DNA of 64,000 nucleotides. Source: Chiloscyllium plagiosum. Taxonomy: Eukaryota. Below are positions 39,076 to 53,030 of the stretch, in pieces. The stretch's first letter is position 1; each line of letters opens with the position of its first letter. The DNA lies in assembly GCF_004010195.1 (NCBI RefSeq), contig NC_057728.1:47712166-47776165 (forward strand), in the 5' to 3' direction. The translations under genes and the position numbers were made by a program. Under the pieces are notes generated by a model. That model was not told the origin of the DNA, did not search any database, and worked only from the letters and a program-made list of their open reading frames with translations.

Positions 39076-39420
39076 GGAAAAAGTGAGGACCGCAGATGCT
39101 GGAGATCAGAACTGGAAAAGCACAGCAGGTCAGGCAGCATCCGAGGAGCAAGGGAGTCAACATTTTTCGACATAAGCCCTTCATCAGGAATCTGGGGGTG
39201 GGGGGTCGCCAAAGGGGCGAAGAGATAAATGGGAAGGGCTGGGACTGGGGGAAGGTAGCTTGGAAGGCAATAGGTAGATGAAGGTGGAGGTTGATGGTGA
39301 TAAGTTGGAGCAGAGGGTGAAGTGGATTTTTGGGAATGAAGATGGACAGGTAGGACAATTCAAGAGGGCAGAGCCGAGTTGGAGGGTTGGATCTGGGATA
39401 AGGTGGGGGGAGGGGAGATG
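39076..39420 (-). mobile_element. Penelope-type family A, longer 3' fragment
   Basis: GGAAAAAGTGAGGACCGCAGATGCTGGAG end, degenerate hammerhead (CATAAGCCCTTCATCAGGAAT), and a purine-rich extension matching the reverse complement of ~52830..52980. Confidence 0.75.
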
Positions 39421-40051
39421 ATTCTATATAGATAACAACTGCAACTGGCCCAGTACTGACCCCTGAGGCACACCACTACTGACAGTCCTCCAGTCTGACA
39501 AGCATGCTTCTACTATTAACCTCTGTTTCTTAACATCAAGTCAATTGTGAATCAAATTTGCTAGCTTTCCCTGGATTCCATGTGATCTAACCTTCCAGAA
39601 CAGCCTACCATGTGGAACCTTATCAAAGGCCTTACTGAAATCCATATAGACTACATCTACCTCCCTGCCCTCATCAACCTTCCTGATGACTTCGTCAAAG
39701 AGCTCTAACAAATTTGTGAAGCATGATCTCCCACGCATAAAGCCATGCTGCCTACTCCTAGACAAACCCTGTTTTTCCAAATACATGTATAACTTATCTC
39801 TCAGATCTCTTGAGTAACTTACCAACCAAAGATGTTAGGCTTACTGGTCTATAGTTCCCAGGTTTTTCTTTGCAACCCTGTTGATCCCAGTTGTCTATAT
39901 CTAATATATGATTGAGTTTAATTCTTGACTAGAACCTTAACATCTTTATTCATCCATTGTTCCCTAATCTTACCAGCTTTGCCTTTCACTCGAACAGGAA
40001 CATAATGCCTCTGAACTCTTGTTATCACATTTTTGAAGGCCTCCTACTTAG

Positions 40052-40352
40052 TTTAGATTAGATTAGATTACTTCCAGCGTGGAACAGGCCCTTCAGCCCA
40101 ACAAGTCCACACCGACCCTCTGAAGAGCAACCCACCCAGACGCATTCCCCTAACACTACCGGCTATTTAGCATGGCCAATTCAGTATGGCCAATTCACCT
40201 AACCTGCACAATTTTGGACTGTGGGAGGAAACCGGAGCACCCGGAGGAAACCCATGCAGACACGGGGAGAATGTGCAAACTCCGCACAGACAGTTGCCTG
40301 AGACAGGAATTGAACCCGGGTCTCTGGCGCTGTGAGGCAGCAGCGCTAACCA
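40052..40352 (-). mobile_element. HE1-like V-SINE
   Basis: Reverse-complement tRNA head (GAATTGAACCCGGGTC...GTGAGGCAGCAGCGCTAACCA), V core and (TTAGA)n tail. Confidence 0.87.
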
Positions 40353-41595
40353 TTGCCCTTTACCTGCAAATAATCTACTGTAATCAACTTTTGAAAGTTC
40401 ATGTTTCAACCCTTAAAATTTTGTTTCATACCCTTAAAAGAGAAGCTGAAAGCAGAGATTCCAGAGGATATTAATTCCTGTAAAATGTCAAGTGATACAC
40501 TCCACCTAATAAGTACAGCTGAGGCCCTCCTTGTCCATTGTATGGCATAATTGCACTATTCTACTCAATGTACCTTATTGATTACTCCGTTGTAAACTGT
40601 GGTATTACACTTTGCCTGGGAATACAATCATGCTTGATTTAATTCAAAAGAACAGCTTTTCCAACAAAACATGGAACTTTGCTCCTTATTGTTTGACTTG
40701 TTATTCTAGAGGCCAGTTATGTTGATGAAGGAAAGCTGTGGGTGTGTTACTTCATCATTACTTTTGAACCAAGAAGGCTAGATCTGACCGAACTCCCAGT
40801 GAGTTCCTATTGGACTTGGTGTTCCATGACAAGCATTACATACACTCCACTGCAATGTAAAACTTGGAACGATTTGAGCAGGAAATTAAGCTGCACAAAC
40901 TCAATAATTTACTCCTTACTCGAATGACATAATTAAAGCATTTTATAAGGACATTCAAAAAAATGATTGAATAGCTACACTTTCATCTTGCACAGGCCAT
41001 TATGTTAAGATAAATTGCAATGAGAAATGTTTTATAGGACTTGCTTGGCCAGTTCAGTTAATAGTGAAGGAGTGGAGTTTACTTGTTTTTCTGTAGTACT
41101 TATTAAAACATGAAACCTCCCGTTCAAACCTGCAGGATGTTGTTTCAAATATCAAAAGTGTTCAGTTTGTGTAACATTTTGTTCCACAGGAATCATAAGT
41201 CATTGAATTGCTACCCCACCATCCTGCTGCTAAAGTACTTATGGTATAAGAGTTTTTGTAATTTGACTTAAAGACTCCCTAACCCAGCCACTGCCATAGT
41301 TCTGAATGCATAAGGCATTGTTTTTCAAGTGTGTTTTTGAATCAGTTTATTTTCATTAACTTATTTTTCTAACCAATCTGTTCTAACAGAGATCCTATTA
41401 ATATCTCTGGAGCAGGTGGAACTTTAACCCAGGACTCCCATCCAGGGATAGGGATACTACCACTATACTACAAGAACAAGCTCCCCCTCCCTTGAATCCA
41501 TTAGATTCATCAACAGAATGTTGTCAGCTGAGAAGGATTGTGGATAATTGGAATGTTTCTCCATTTTAAGCATGAAATCTAAATTAAGTTATAGC

Positions 41596-41826
41596 TTGGA
41601 AAAAGTGAGGACTGCAGATGCTGGATATCAGAGCTGAAAATGTGTTGCTGGAAAAGTACAGCAGGTCAGGCAGCATCCAAGGAGCAAGAGAATCGACGTT
41701 TCGGGCATGAGCCCTTCATCAGCCCTTTCCTCATTCCTGAAGAAGGGCTCATGCCTGAAACGTCAATTCTTCTGCTCCTTGGATGCTGCCTGACCTGCTG
41801 CGCTTTTCCAGCAACACATTTTCAGC
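41596..41826. mobile_element. Penelope-type family A palindromic insertion, 11-bp TSD, hammerhead core in each arm
   Basis: Arms 41632..41722 and 41737..41827 (91 bp each, 14-nt spacer). TAAGTTATAGC at 41585..41595 and 41827..41837. Minus core CTGATGA-A-GGGC-tcat-GCCC-GAAA-CG-TC at 41695..41722; plus core at 41737..41764. Confidence 0.88.
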
Positions 41827-41931
41827 TAAGTTATAGCATGGGCCAGTAGAGCATATTCATAGAGTGTGGGCACTTTTACAGTATTCTAAGCAAAGGCATC
41901 TTTGCCCTAGCCTCAGGCATGCCTAATTGGA

Positions 41932-42148
41932 GGTCGGTTAGCGCAGTTGGCTCTACAGCTGGTTTGCCATGCAAAGTAATGCCAACAGCATGGGTACAAT
42001 TCCTGCACTGGCTGAGGTTACAATGAATGACTCTCCTTCTCAATCCCTCCTTTCACCTGAGGCATGGAGACCCTCAAGTTAAAACATCAGCAGTCATCTC
42101 CCTCTAATGAGAGCACAGTCATGTTGTCTGCTAAGACTACAGTGACTT
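41932..42148 (+). mobile_element. Second tRNA-derived SINE family (another copy at ~45190..45395)
   Basis: Both copies share TA.C.CAGTTGGCT...GCTGGTTTGC.ATGCAAAG...CCTTCTCAA...GACCCT.A.GTTAAA...GAGA. Confidence 0.6.
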
Positions 42149-43407
42149 TTATTGGTGTTTTTTGATTTTTCTGCATCAGCCATCACTGTGGCTGCTATCT
42201 GAGTAAACAAATGCAAAATTAATGACAACTACAGTCCAATGATGGGTACTTTTGTGGTGTGGAATTCTGACCACAAGGATAAAGCTGGACCCATGTCACT
42301 TAACCACATAATAGTTGGGATTCTTTTCACTTTGGCAAAGAGATGTCTGTCTCAGCCTTTTAACTAGATTCAGAACCAAAATCCAGGGTATACATTACTA
42401 AGTTACTGCACTACCCACTTGTGTTCACAGTGACACAACCAACAGGTGAATTATGACATAAACAATAGCTGACTCCAGTGGCCTCATGGTTAAATGCAAA
42501 CACCTTGTGATGAAGTAAGCACTAACGACCAGAATGGTCGAATTTTTAATCCTCGGGACGTGCTGTAAAAACAGGGCTTTTAAAAAAAATCACAATTAGG
42601 CTTCTCAAGACAAACAAGCAAACTGCAATTCCCAGTACTCCTGACAATTTCCAATGCCTCAGGAAAAGCATTGATGATTTCCCTTTACACTCACCATTCA
42701 CATACATTGTCAAATAATGTAACCCTCAATAGTCTGGTAAACCTGTGCCTTATGGAATCAGCTCCATACTTTGTAAAGGAGAGAAAATTGGAAAACAAAA
42801 TCCAGAATATTTTAATTAATCATGGGACTTGGATTTATAAGAATTAAAGGAGGAAATCCAAAACCTAATTAAATTGCTGGAGCTATCTAGATAATTCACA
42901 ATGATACCAATGATGAGTTTTAGTGACAAAATTGCAAAGCCCCCAACAATGATGTAATAAAAACAGGAAGAAAAATCACCAAGTAAATAGTTTGAACAAA
43001 TATATAAATACATTGTCAAGATGCTCATTGGATAGGGATGGTTTTGTTAAATTATGTTACAGAGTTGCTTCCTAAGGTGACTTGAATGTTAGTGATGATT
43101 TGAGAATATTATTGGAGCTGCTGTACCCCAGATTTCAATCACGGGCTTTAGAGATAAAACTTATACTGACTTATATTGCCTGGAGAGATAATGACACAAT
43201 AGCAACCAGTAGTTCAATGGACAGGTCAGGAGTGTTCAGATTCAATCTACGGCTAAAGAGATAGCAGGCCTAGCAAAATAAGGAGGGGGACATGTTGCAA
43301 GTACTTCAGTGCTAGAAGGTGGTCCGGCTTCAAGAACCAATCCATTATCCTCAAATGGATGATGGAGGTGCCCTCTGGCCATTAATTAGCCAATCCTGCA
43401 AAAATCA

Positions 43408-43456
43408 GCACCACACTCTCAACTCTATTCTCCAGCATCTGCAGTCCTCACTTTCA
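43408..43456 (+). mobile_element. 49-bp family A 3'-end insertion with perfect 13-bp TSD
   Basis: CCTGCAAAAATCA at 43395..43407 and 43457..43469 around GCACCACACTCTCAACTCT..TCTCCAGCATCTGCAGTCCTCACTTTC. Confidence 0.8.
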
Positions 43457-46400
43457 CCTGCAAAAATCATGTCAGGTGATCATTCCTGGCATGGCACAGT
43501 CTCACCATTTGATCCTGATTCAAAAGCCTTGAGATAGTTGCTTTTTGAATTCCCTGGTATTCATTTATGTTGAAGGCAGTGGGATAGAACTCTAACTTGT
43601 GTCTATGAAGAAAGATAATCAAAAGGACATGAATTTTTAGTGATGAAAAGCCTGAAAACACTTCATTTTTGGAGGCAGAAAGTAATGAAAATTATATCAC
43701 AATGTTCAGCATTGAATTATGCTTTTAACCACTGATTAAATTTGCATTTTTCTTGTAGACTAGCACAATTGAATTTTATCCTAAATTATATGCTTTGTCA
43801 GTGTGAATGGTTTTGCATTCCAAAACCTTACCAGTAAAACCCAATGGTTACAAAGATAGTTGATTAGCTTTGAATCACACTGCAATGATTCATCAGCTGC
43901 AGAAGGTTACGCTTTCACCATAAATTATGGTTGTTGCCTTTCCAACTGCATGAGTAAAGAATGTTGGAAGATGACTTGAATTTTCTGACAATATAAACTT
44001 ACTGTTCATAAAAAACGTAAATTCCACTACCATTATCTATTTAACAGATCTATTCAGGGACAAATATTTTTCACTCAACGCTAACATAGCTGTGTTCTCA
44101 CATTCAACCTGAAAGAATGCAGAACAACGGGTGTCAGACTATTTCTATTCAACACAATATATAAATACTTAACTAATGGAAACAAGACAGGATTACTCAT
44201 TGAGATAGGCAGCACATGATCTTTGCATTGATCTCACTTAAACATGATTCCAGTGTGCAGCCCAGTGTAACTAGTCTGATAGACCTTACAGGTTCTCTGA
44301 ACTGTATGGCAAATCTAGCATCACTCTGTTATAAATCTATACAGTTTGGAAAATTCTTCCAATGACACTTAACACAATACATGCACGAAATCTGCAACAG
44401 CAAGTTTTGTCGAATGTTACTCAGTTGAACACTCCATGTTAGATCCAAGAAATAACATGGAGGGAGTCATCAATTCTGCATCTGACTGCACAGCAGTACT
44501 TAAGTAAATACGTTAACAGGATCAAAATGGTAGATTGAGCATCAGGTCAGTGGCAGAGACTGACAGGCATCACAAAGTGTGCATGCTGCTTGGTTCTGAT
44601 TTTCATGTGGTATGTGTGTATTTGCAACCTTAGAGTCAGGTCACATTATATACAGGCCATGTTATCATTAGCTGGAGGGATTCTCATTTACCAGCTGGCG
44701 GTATTTGTATCACCAGAAGTGGTCACACTGTGGACCTAAATTTCAGATCTTTGATTTTCTGATGATGAATAATAATTATCATTTAAATGTTTAGGAATCA
44801 GTGCAAGTAAATGAATGCAAATGAACAAAGGGTCTCATTCAAAAGTGTTACCTTATCCTGCTCTTATTGAGTTGCTGATTGATCTTGACTTTATTTTATT
44901 CTTCACAGAATGTGAGTTTCACCAACTATGCTAGCATTTATTGCACATCCCCAACTGCCTTTGAGAAAAGAGAGGTGATGGTGAGCTCTTCTTCAACTCA
45001 CTGCAGTCCACGGGAACATAAGGAAACCCTTGATGATGTTAGGAAATGAACTCCAGGATTTTGATCCAGTAACAGTGAAGGAGAGGCAGTACACTTCCAA
45101 GTCAGGATGATGAGTGCCTTGGTGGGGAACTTGGAGATGGTGGTGTTCCCATGCTTCTCTTGCCTTTGTCCTTCCAGGTGGTGGACATTTAGATAACTCA
45201 GTTGGCTGGATGGCTGGTTTGCAATGCAAAGGGAGGCCAATAGCAGTGGGCTCAGTTCCTGATTTCACTAAAGTTACCATAAAGGACCCTCCTTCTCAAC
45301 CTCTCCATTTGCTTGATATATGGTGACCCTTAGGTTAAACCACCACTCGTTGCTTCTATTGAGACAGCAGCCTTATGGTCTGGTCAAGCTATAGAAACTT
45401 GACCTAGAGTTTGGAAAGTACTTGCAGAAATTCCTACTGTACTTCCATTCTAGATTTCCAGCGTTTCTGTTTTTTAAATTCTAGAATTACTCTGAATAAC
45501 AAGATCTGATGTATAAGTTGCTCATGTATTGCTGTTGTGTGAACCAGGAGGATTTTATTGTGCTGCTGCACTGTTAGAGTTTATTTGCTTGCCTTCATAA
45601 AAACCTCCTGGGTGTGACTTTTATGCTGAAGTGACCAATGCACCAGGTTTTAGCTGGGTAGCTGTGGAATGTGACACCTGGTAAATGTGGTATTATTAAA
45701 CTGAACAGAGCATGAAACTAAACCGCAGCACATCTTTATCTAATCAGCACTCAACTCAATTCCAAAATGAACAAAAGAAGTCTAGTCTTTCTCTAAGGAG
45801 TTACTCTAGCCAGCAGTACACATTCTGTATTACCTTTATCATTCCATCTCATTGCCTGCTGCCCAGCTGCTGTAACACTCCTATTGACCAATACACTTCA
45901 TCTTCTGGTCACTGGATACCATTCTCTAGGTCTGACACCTTTATTTACTTTGGTTCAGAAGGGAGAGAATTCAGGTTACAAAAGGGGGAAAAGAAATTAA
46001 GCTGTCATGTCATTTCTAACAAAATTCTATTTAACATGCCTCAGAGTTTAAAAATTCAACAATGAACCATTTGTTTTATTGGAGTTATCTCTGAACAGAA
46101 GATAGCTTGAATAATTTGACCATGAACAGCCGCAAACAAGGAAAGCTGTCTGCTTTCTTTTCCACAATAAACTTTGACAAAAGGCACCCAGTATACGATT
46201 CTGCTTTACAAGTTCAGCCTAATTTACCTGAAAGTAAACCTCTGCAGAATCTAGAATGATTGTTTTAACCCACCTGACAAAAAAGTATTGAATATTTTAA
46301 CTCCCTCTCTCTTCTTGCTCCTTTTGTCCTCTTTTGAATGCACTGACCCATTCCTCGAGTATGATTCCATTAACATCAGGCAGCCTGGTTCATCCCACAA

Positions 46401-46904
46401 AAGTGCTCTTTCTCCATATGGGAGTGCCAGTGGACTACTTAATCAGTGACATTTCTTCTATGTCTGAACAAATGTTCATATTTGTACATGCATTATGAAT
46501 TATTGGAATCAATCAATATTGGTGTTCTTGGCCATTTTATTTCATTGTCCATAACTGGAGCCTGGTGAGATCAATCAGTTTTCCGCCACTTGAGGCCAAC
46601 GAACTTTATGCAGAGTAAGTTGGCATTGCAAATGATATCTTGGGCTTCATAAGTGTGTGGAGTACATAATCAAGCTCCAAATTCTCTGTACTCTATCACT
46701 GCACTGCCAAAAGAATGTGGTGGTCCTTAAGAAGGCACAGGGGATTTATTGTAAAAGGGGTTAGGGATTAGAGTTATAAAGTTAGATTGGAGAGGTTAAG
46801 AAAAGTATGTTCTCCTTGGACTGCAGAGATTGAAGGGAGTGCCATGATTGAAGGGAGATTTGTTAGAGGAGTGCAAGGTTAGCAAGGTTTGGATAAGTAA
46901 GACA

Positions 46905-47049
46905 GTCCCACTCTCTACATTCCTGATGAAAGGCGTACAGCCGAAACATTGACTCTCCCGCTCCTTGGATGCTGCCTGACCTCCTGTGCGTTTCCAGTGC
47001 CACACCTTTCAACTCTGACTTTCCAGCATCTGCAGTCCTCACTTTCTCC
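46905..47049 (+). mobile_element. Penelope-type family A copy inside an old CR1 remnant (~46600..47330)
   Basis: ATTCCTGATGAAAGGCGTACAGCCGAAACATT...CTCACTTTCTCC. Near-TSD TAAGT(A/T)AGACA at 46894..46904 and 47050..47060. Confidence 0.75.
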
Positions 47050-48595
47050 TAAGTTAGACAAAGGAAGCTGTTTCCATTAGGTGCTGGTACAAGGACCGGA
47101 GACACAGATTTAATGTTCTGGTCAAAAGATGCAGGGAAGAGGTCAAGAACTTTTTCTTAACCCAGTAAAGGTAATGACCTGGAAACTGATGATGATACAG
47201 GTGGTGAAAGGGAAAATACTAATGATTTCAGAAGGACACTTCAGGGAAATGCAGAAGAATGGGATTGGCTGGATAGCGCAACAGAGATCTGCATAAACCT
47301 GATAGGCTAACAGTATCCTTCTATGCCAATAATCACAACAGCCAATGACAGAAGGTTCAAGTCTTCTCCTGCTACGATTTTGTAGTGTCTCAGTTGCTCA
47401 ATTTCCAATAATCTAAACGCTCCTCCTTCTTTATTGTTAACACCCAGACAATTCCTTGTCTACTTATGACCTCTTATCCTGAAAAAAGGATTTACTTTTC
47501 TTCTGGAATTTAGTGACTAAGACTATGCTTTATGTTTGAGACTGGTAAACCAACATCAGTAAGGTTATGCATTTTTTCTGACCTCACTTCCACTTATATT
47601 TTTCTTTGCTATTTTAATGAATGGAAATTAAAATAATCTTTAAAAACTCAAAGTAAAAAGAATATTTCAATGTCTCAATCTCAGTCCAAACCATGACAGG
47701 AGGGTATCAAAGCCCATTTTTTGACTGTCTTAAATGCATTCTGACAACTATCTATACTGGGGAAAGTTCTATAATGCACGACAGTACTTAGACAATCTAT
47801 AGGAAAGAGCCCTGTGATTAATAATTCCATTAAAATGCATCTATGTTATAATGCAGCATCTAATAATAACAGTAGATGGTGTCAAACCATTAAACATCTG
47901 TCAGTATGTGCTAGACCCCTCAACAGGCTTCCTGTGGTGGATCTCCTAGAGGTCAGAAAATCTTCAAAAAAGTTCATTTTTTGGGCTTTCAAAATTCACA
48001 TCATTTGAAGACAGGGAAATTGCTCTTCCAGTACTAAAAACTTAATGCAACATTTTGCTGAATTACCCACAATGAAGAAGATCTTTTCAATATTTTAAAG
48101 GCATGGGAGAAAATGAATGTATTTTTGGAAAATACGTGCATGTTCATACCATACTGTAATGCTGTTCCCCTTGCTTAAACAAGCTGAGTGACATTTATTG
48201 GTAAAAATGACTCCTGTAGGAGTGAACATCAAGCTCAGCGGACAACCATCAGCCAAGATACCACAGTACAATAGTGGGATTCTTCAATAGGAAGGACTTG
48301 AGCTGTCATTTGCTGCTTTTTATTAACTGAGGTTATGGTCTCTCTCAAAATTCCAAATGTCAGCTGAAGGCCACAAGAGGAAGAGGAACATGAGAATCAC
48401 TTGTGCCTGGTTTCAGGGTGATGTTGATGATGGCCAAGAAATGATTCTCTAATTTTCTCAGCTAGTGCTGATATCTGGCATGATAGAACACATGAAGAGG
48501 CAGTTTCATCCTAAACATTTGGTTTTGATGTATAATACAACTTAGGTATTTTGATATTTGCTCAGCATTATGCAGTATTACAGAGTTGTACTTAC

Positions 48596-48667
48596 AGTGA
48601 CTGGAGACTTTGCAAGTTCTGTAATGCATCCTCAGGAACTGCCCCCAAGCGGTTGTTCTGTAACATG
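48596..48667 (-). CDS. LGR5: LGR5 exon 4 equivalent (72 bp)
   Basis: acAG|C ATG TTA CAG AAC AAC...CAG TCA CT|GTaag. Translates MLQNNRLGAVPEDALQNLQSLQSL; phase 2-2. Confidence 0.93.
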
Positions 48668-48965
48668 CTGTTTATTTGGAAAAACCAAAGGGAACTTGTT
48701 AGAGCATCAAAACGTAAGCTTTGTGATGTTCCATCAAGTTACAATTCACAATAAGCTTTTATTTATTGCAATTTATGTTACAAGTTTAGATATGATCCCT
48801 AAAGCATAAAATTGTAATGATTAATTGATGGAAAATATTTCATTGGCAATTGCCACAAATAACCATTAACATTTTTTTACAAGAATTAAAAAAAATGTTT
48901 AATTGTGTATATCTAACATGTTTTGTTTGCGAATGAATTCAGCAGAAAGTTAAAGTTCATAATCT

Positions 48966-49505
48966 TAGAGTCATTGAGATGTACAGCATGGAAACAGACC
49001 CTTCGGTCCAATTCACCCATGTCAATCAGATATCCTAAATAAATCTAGTCCCATTTGTCAGCATTTGACCCATCTCCCTCTAAACCCTTCCTATTCATTT
49101 ACCCATCCAGATGCCTTTTAAATGTTGTAATTGTACCAGCCTCCTCTGGCAGCTCATTCCATACACGCACCTCCCTTTGCGTGAAAAAGTTGCCCCGGAG
49201 GTCCCTTTTAAATCTTCCCTCTCTCACCTCAAACCTTTACCCTCTAATTTTGGACTCCTTCACCCTGGGGAAAAGACCTAGTCTATTTACCCTATCCATG
49301 TCCCTCATGAGTTTCCAAACCTCTATCGGGTCACCCCTCAGCCTATGACACTTCAGGGCAACTAGCCCCAGCTTATTTAATCTCTCCCTATAGCTCAAAC
49401 CCTCCAACCTGGCAACATCTTCGTAAATCTTTTCTGAGCCCTTTCAAGTTTCACGACATCCTTTTTATAGTTGGGAGATTAGAATTGCATGCAGTATTCC
49501 AAAAG
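48966..49505 (-). mobile_element. CR1 LINE 3' fragment
   Basis: Reverse complement of the 12800..13350-type 3' end; ~300 bp upstream of the exon 4 acceptor. Confidence 0.87.
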
Positions 49506-49758
49506 TCTGACAAATGTTATAACTGTATAGCTATTAATTATTTTTTACACCTGTGCAAAAACTAGACCCAGTTTTCCAAGGCATTCCTGAGGAAACTCTC
49601 AGGCACTATCTTGGAAAATACCATTTCTATTTCAGTCACTAATGCTGGAGCTGAGTTGAGAAGTTAAACAAAACACCAATACCAATGGTTTCATGGTTTG
49701 ATGTGATTAGAGCAGTGATTGCTCTGTTACCTGCATTTGTCACAGCTGCATTGGGAAG

Positions 49759-50072
49759 GTGATGGCCTAGTGGTATTACTGCTGGACTGTTAATCCAGAG
49801 ACCCAGGACCTGGGTTCAAATCTTATGACAAATGGTGGAATTTGAATTCAATGAAAGAGTCCAATTATGACTATGAATCAATTGGCCAGAAAAGTCCTCA
49901 CTAGAGTCATTTAGTGAAGAAAACTGCCATCCTTACCTGGACTGGCATACATGTGATTCCAGACCCACAGCAATGTTGATTGTTAATGCTCCCCATGCCC
50001 CCCTCTCCCCCACCCCAAAATGGGCAATAAATGCTGGCCTAGCCAGTAATGTCCTCATCTCAAGAATGAATT
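49759..50072 (+). mobile_element. tRNA-derived SINE
   Basis: A box TGGCCTAGTGG, B box GGTTCAAATC, 3' GGGCAATAAATGCTGGCCTAGCCAG...GAATGAAT. Confidence 0.75.
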
Positions 50073-51770
50073 TTAACACTTCTTAACTTTTCATTTGCAA
50101 TAGAATATCAGAGCTGAACATCAATTTGATCAGTGAAAATTCCAAATGTCATTCGCAGGTTGAAGATGAGAGAATTATTATGTAAATAGAGCATCAAGAT
50201 GACATTTACGAGGCACACAAAGTTACCAGACCAATCCCACTGGCAAAGCCATGTATAGCCATTCTGGTCTGTGAACTAGTTGAATTGTTAAGTTCTAAAA
50301 AAAGCATTTAATATACAAAGGTTACTTGAACTGACAACATGATTAGCAAAACATACCTTTTACAAAGATATTATTGAGCTGTGTGGTGTTTCAACATTAT
50401 GATTACTTTGTTTTTAATGACACTGCAGTTTGACTGTAATATAGTGTGATTGCAGGTAGCATTTGAATTTGCATCAACTAACAGTGGCTATCTATTCTCT
50501 CAGTTCTAGCAAAGTCGGATGATAGAAATTTGTGCTATCTTCGAATCATCCTTCCGCAGACTTGTTACTTAAACTATTAAGTAAGAAGTGGTTCAATGAC
50601 TAATTACATCATCCAATGTAGTACTGAATCAGACTAACCAGTAAAGGCCCTGATTTGATTCCAGTGTTGGTGTTAATAAACGTGGTAAGGGTTCTGCAAA
50701 GATTCAGTATTTCTGAGCTTATTGGAGTAAAGTATGAAAACTGGGAATTCAATAGGGTTGGAGGTGAAGAAACTTTATTGGAAGGTTAGAATAAAGAGGA
50801 AAACCCTGAATTAACCTCACATTGACTGTTACTGGCTATGATTACAAATGGAAGAGTTTGGCTAAAAAGCAGCACTGATTAAACTTTGTTCCTTAAAACA
50901 AACACAGAAATATACATTTAAAATAAGAACAAGCTTCTGCGACTGGGGAAGAAGTTGCTGAGAGACAGGTGCAAAAATTAAAACAAGATTCATTTCACAA
51001 ATCTTTTGCAATCAAGCCTGTCCTGAAGGAAAGATGAGTTAAACAGCGGATAGTATTTAAAGTGTTCACCATGAGTTTGGTGGTGGGGATGTGTTTAATA
51101 AGATCAGAGGTGACAGGTTTGTACCCCTCTAATTCCCACTTCAACCCCAATTTTTGGCTGTTGCTGAACTGAATTTCTGGAACATCAGACTGACAGCACT
51201 GTGACAATATCTACTCCCAGTGGACCACAGCATTTCAAGAAGGCTATTAGGGATGAACAGTAAGTGCCAGCCTAGCCAGCAACATTCAGATTCCATGGAA
51301 GAATTTTAAGAAGTCCACAGCAGGAAGGCCTATGGATGATCTACCATCTCCGCCACCAATGGATGCCTTTAAGTGGGCTATCCATTCTGTTGGGCTGCTA
51401 ATATTACTCCCAGCCCCATGGGAGGTGATTGGACATCAGAAAGTGGGGAGCACAAGCAGCAGACCTGGACTGAATTGCTTATGGATTCCCAGGTCTGGGG
51501 ACATGGGCAATACCTCGGTAAGCAGATTGAGAGTCACCCCCCCCTCCCCACTCAAGGCCTTGATCCTTGACTTTAGGGAAGGAATGTCAATATTCAGTTA
51601 AGTAGCCAAGAAAAGGCACTTAAATTAGCAGCAGGACTTCCCTGCATGGACAATACAGAGATCTTGCCAACTCTCCAGTCAGTAGGTGAGAGTCCTGTTT
51701 CCCTCCATCAAATACTGTCCAGTCTATTTCTGCAAACTGCTGTTACTAAACATTTCAGCAGGAATTTATG

Positions 51771-52115
51771 GTGTCCCAGTGGTAAGCACTGCTGCCTCAC
51801 AGCACCAGGGACCTGGGTTTGATTCCAGCCTCGGGCAACTGCCTGTATGGAGTTTACACATTCTCCCCGTGTCTGTGTGGGTTTCTTCCGGTGCTCCGGT
51901 TTCCTCCCTGAATCCAAAGATGTGCAGATTTGGTGAATTGGCCATGCTGAATTGCCCATCGTGTTCATGGATGTGTAAGTTCGGTGCATAAGTCAGGGGT
52001 TTAAAAATAAAATGTAGAGTAATAGGAAATGGACCTAGGTGGGTTACTCTTCGGAGGTTCGATGTGGACTTGTTGAGTCAAATGGCCTGTTTCCACACTA
52101 TAGGGATTCTATGAA
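51771..52115 (+). mobile_element. HE1-like V-SINE
   Basis: tRNA head, V core (TTCCGGTGCTCCGGTTTCCTCCC) and GATTCTATGA tail. Confidence 0.85.
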
Positions 52116-52740
52116 TTAAGGGGCAAGTTGTGATTATATTACTTTCTCATTGCTATAAAGTTGGTTTGTCAAAATGCTGCGTATGCACACTTTAAGAGCT
52201 CTTGGGGTTATTCTGGCTTGTCTGCTAATTGAGAAGGAAGGATAGAAACGTTTGCTGTTTTTGGAATCAGTAAAAACAGAATGGGGAGGCTAAATACAGC
52301 CCAGATGTCAGGCCCGATGTCAAATCCAGAGACTGAAACAATTGATCAAGGCTGACATTTCAGATCACCGCTGAGGGATCTACCCTGCCTGAGTTGGCAT
52401 CTTTCAGAGGAAACACTATACCAAGGTTGGGCTATCCAGCAGCTGAATATACAAGTTGTCATTGTTTGAATCAGAAAGTCAGTCGGCAAAGGATTGTGCT
52501 GCATCCAATCTTTACTGAGTCTTACACTTATTCACAGCATGAAAACGTAACAAGCAGCATTCAAAACACACGGGTCAGTGGCTGAATCTGTCCCTGAAGG
52601 ACCTCAGAATGCCCTGGAAAATCCACTCGCAAGATGATCAATTGGATTAAAGTCAACCCCCACTCCAAGCTGAACGCAGGGTAATAGTGAGAAGCTGCTC
52701 CCCCAATCACAGGCTTGTTCCCTTCCATACTCAACAGTGG

Positions 52741-53030
52741 CTAGGAGAAAGTGAGGTCTGCCAATGCTGGAGATCAGATTCAAAAAGTGTGGCCTTGGAA
52801 TAGCATAGCCGGTCAGGCGTCACCAGTTTTCTAATCTCCCCTCCCCTCAGACTTCACTAGTTTCCTAATCTCTCATCCCCCCACCTCATCCCAGAACTAA
52901 CCCTCCAACTCGGCACCATCTTCTTGAACTGTCCCGTCTGTCCATCTTTCTTCCCACCTATCTGCTTCACCCTCCCTTCTCCTCGGATGCTGCCTGACCT
53001 GCTGTGCTTTTCCTGCACCACACTTTTCGG
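52741..53030. mobile_element. Penelope-type family A inverted insertion, 13-bp near-TSD
   Basis: Opposed family A ends. TACTCAACA(G/A)TGG at 52728..52740 and 53031..53043. Confidence 0.75.

Larger units (their letters stand above)
36995..40400 (-). mobile_element. Nested CR1 stack: older CR1 (36995..37930, 39881..40400) hosting a younger CR1 (37931..39880) and further inserts
   Basis: ORFs 37375..37719, 38457..38681, 38672..39022 (KFADDT) and 39541..39825 (QHGF, YMDFSKAFDKVPH). Host sequence resumes across the insert: ...TACTCTTCAAGAGTGTCAGTT | GATCCCAGTTGTCTATA. Confidence 0.85.

Noticed and set aside
41640..41849. Recurrent small ORFs with LLLGCCLTCCAF (also 928, 39065, 52897) as a cysteine-rich peptide family
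   Set aside because: These are translations of the non-coding family A repeat; starts and stops differ between copies.
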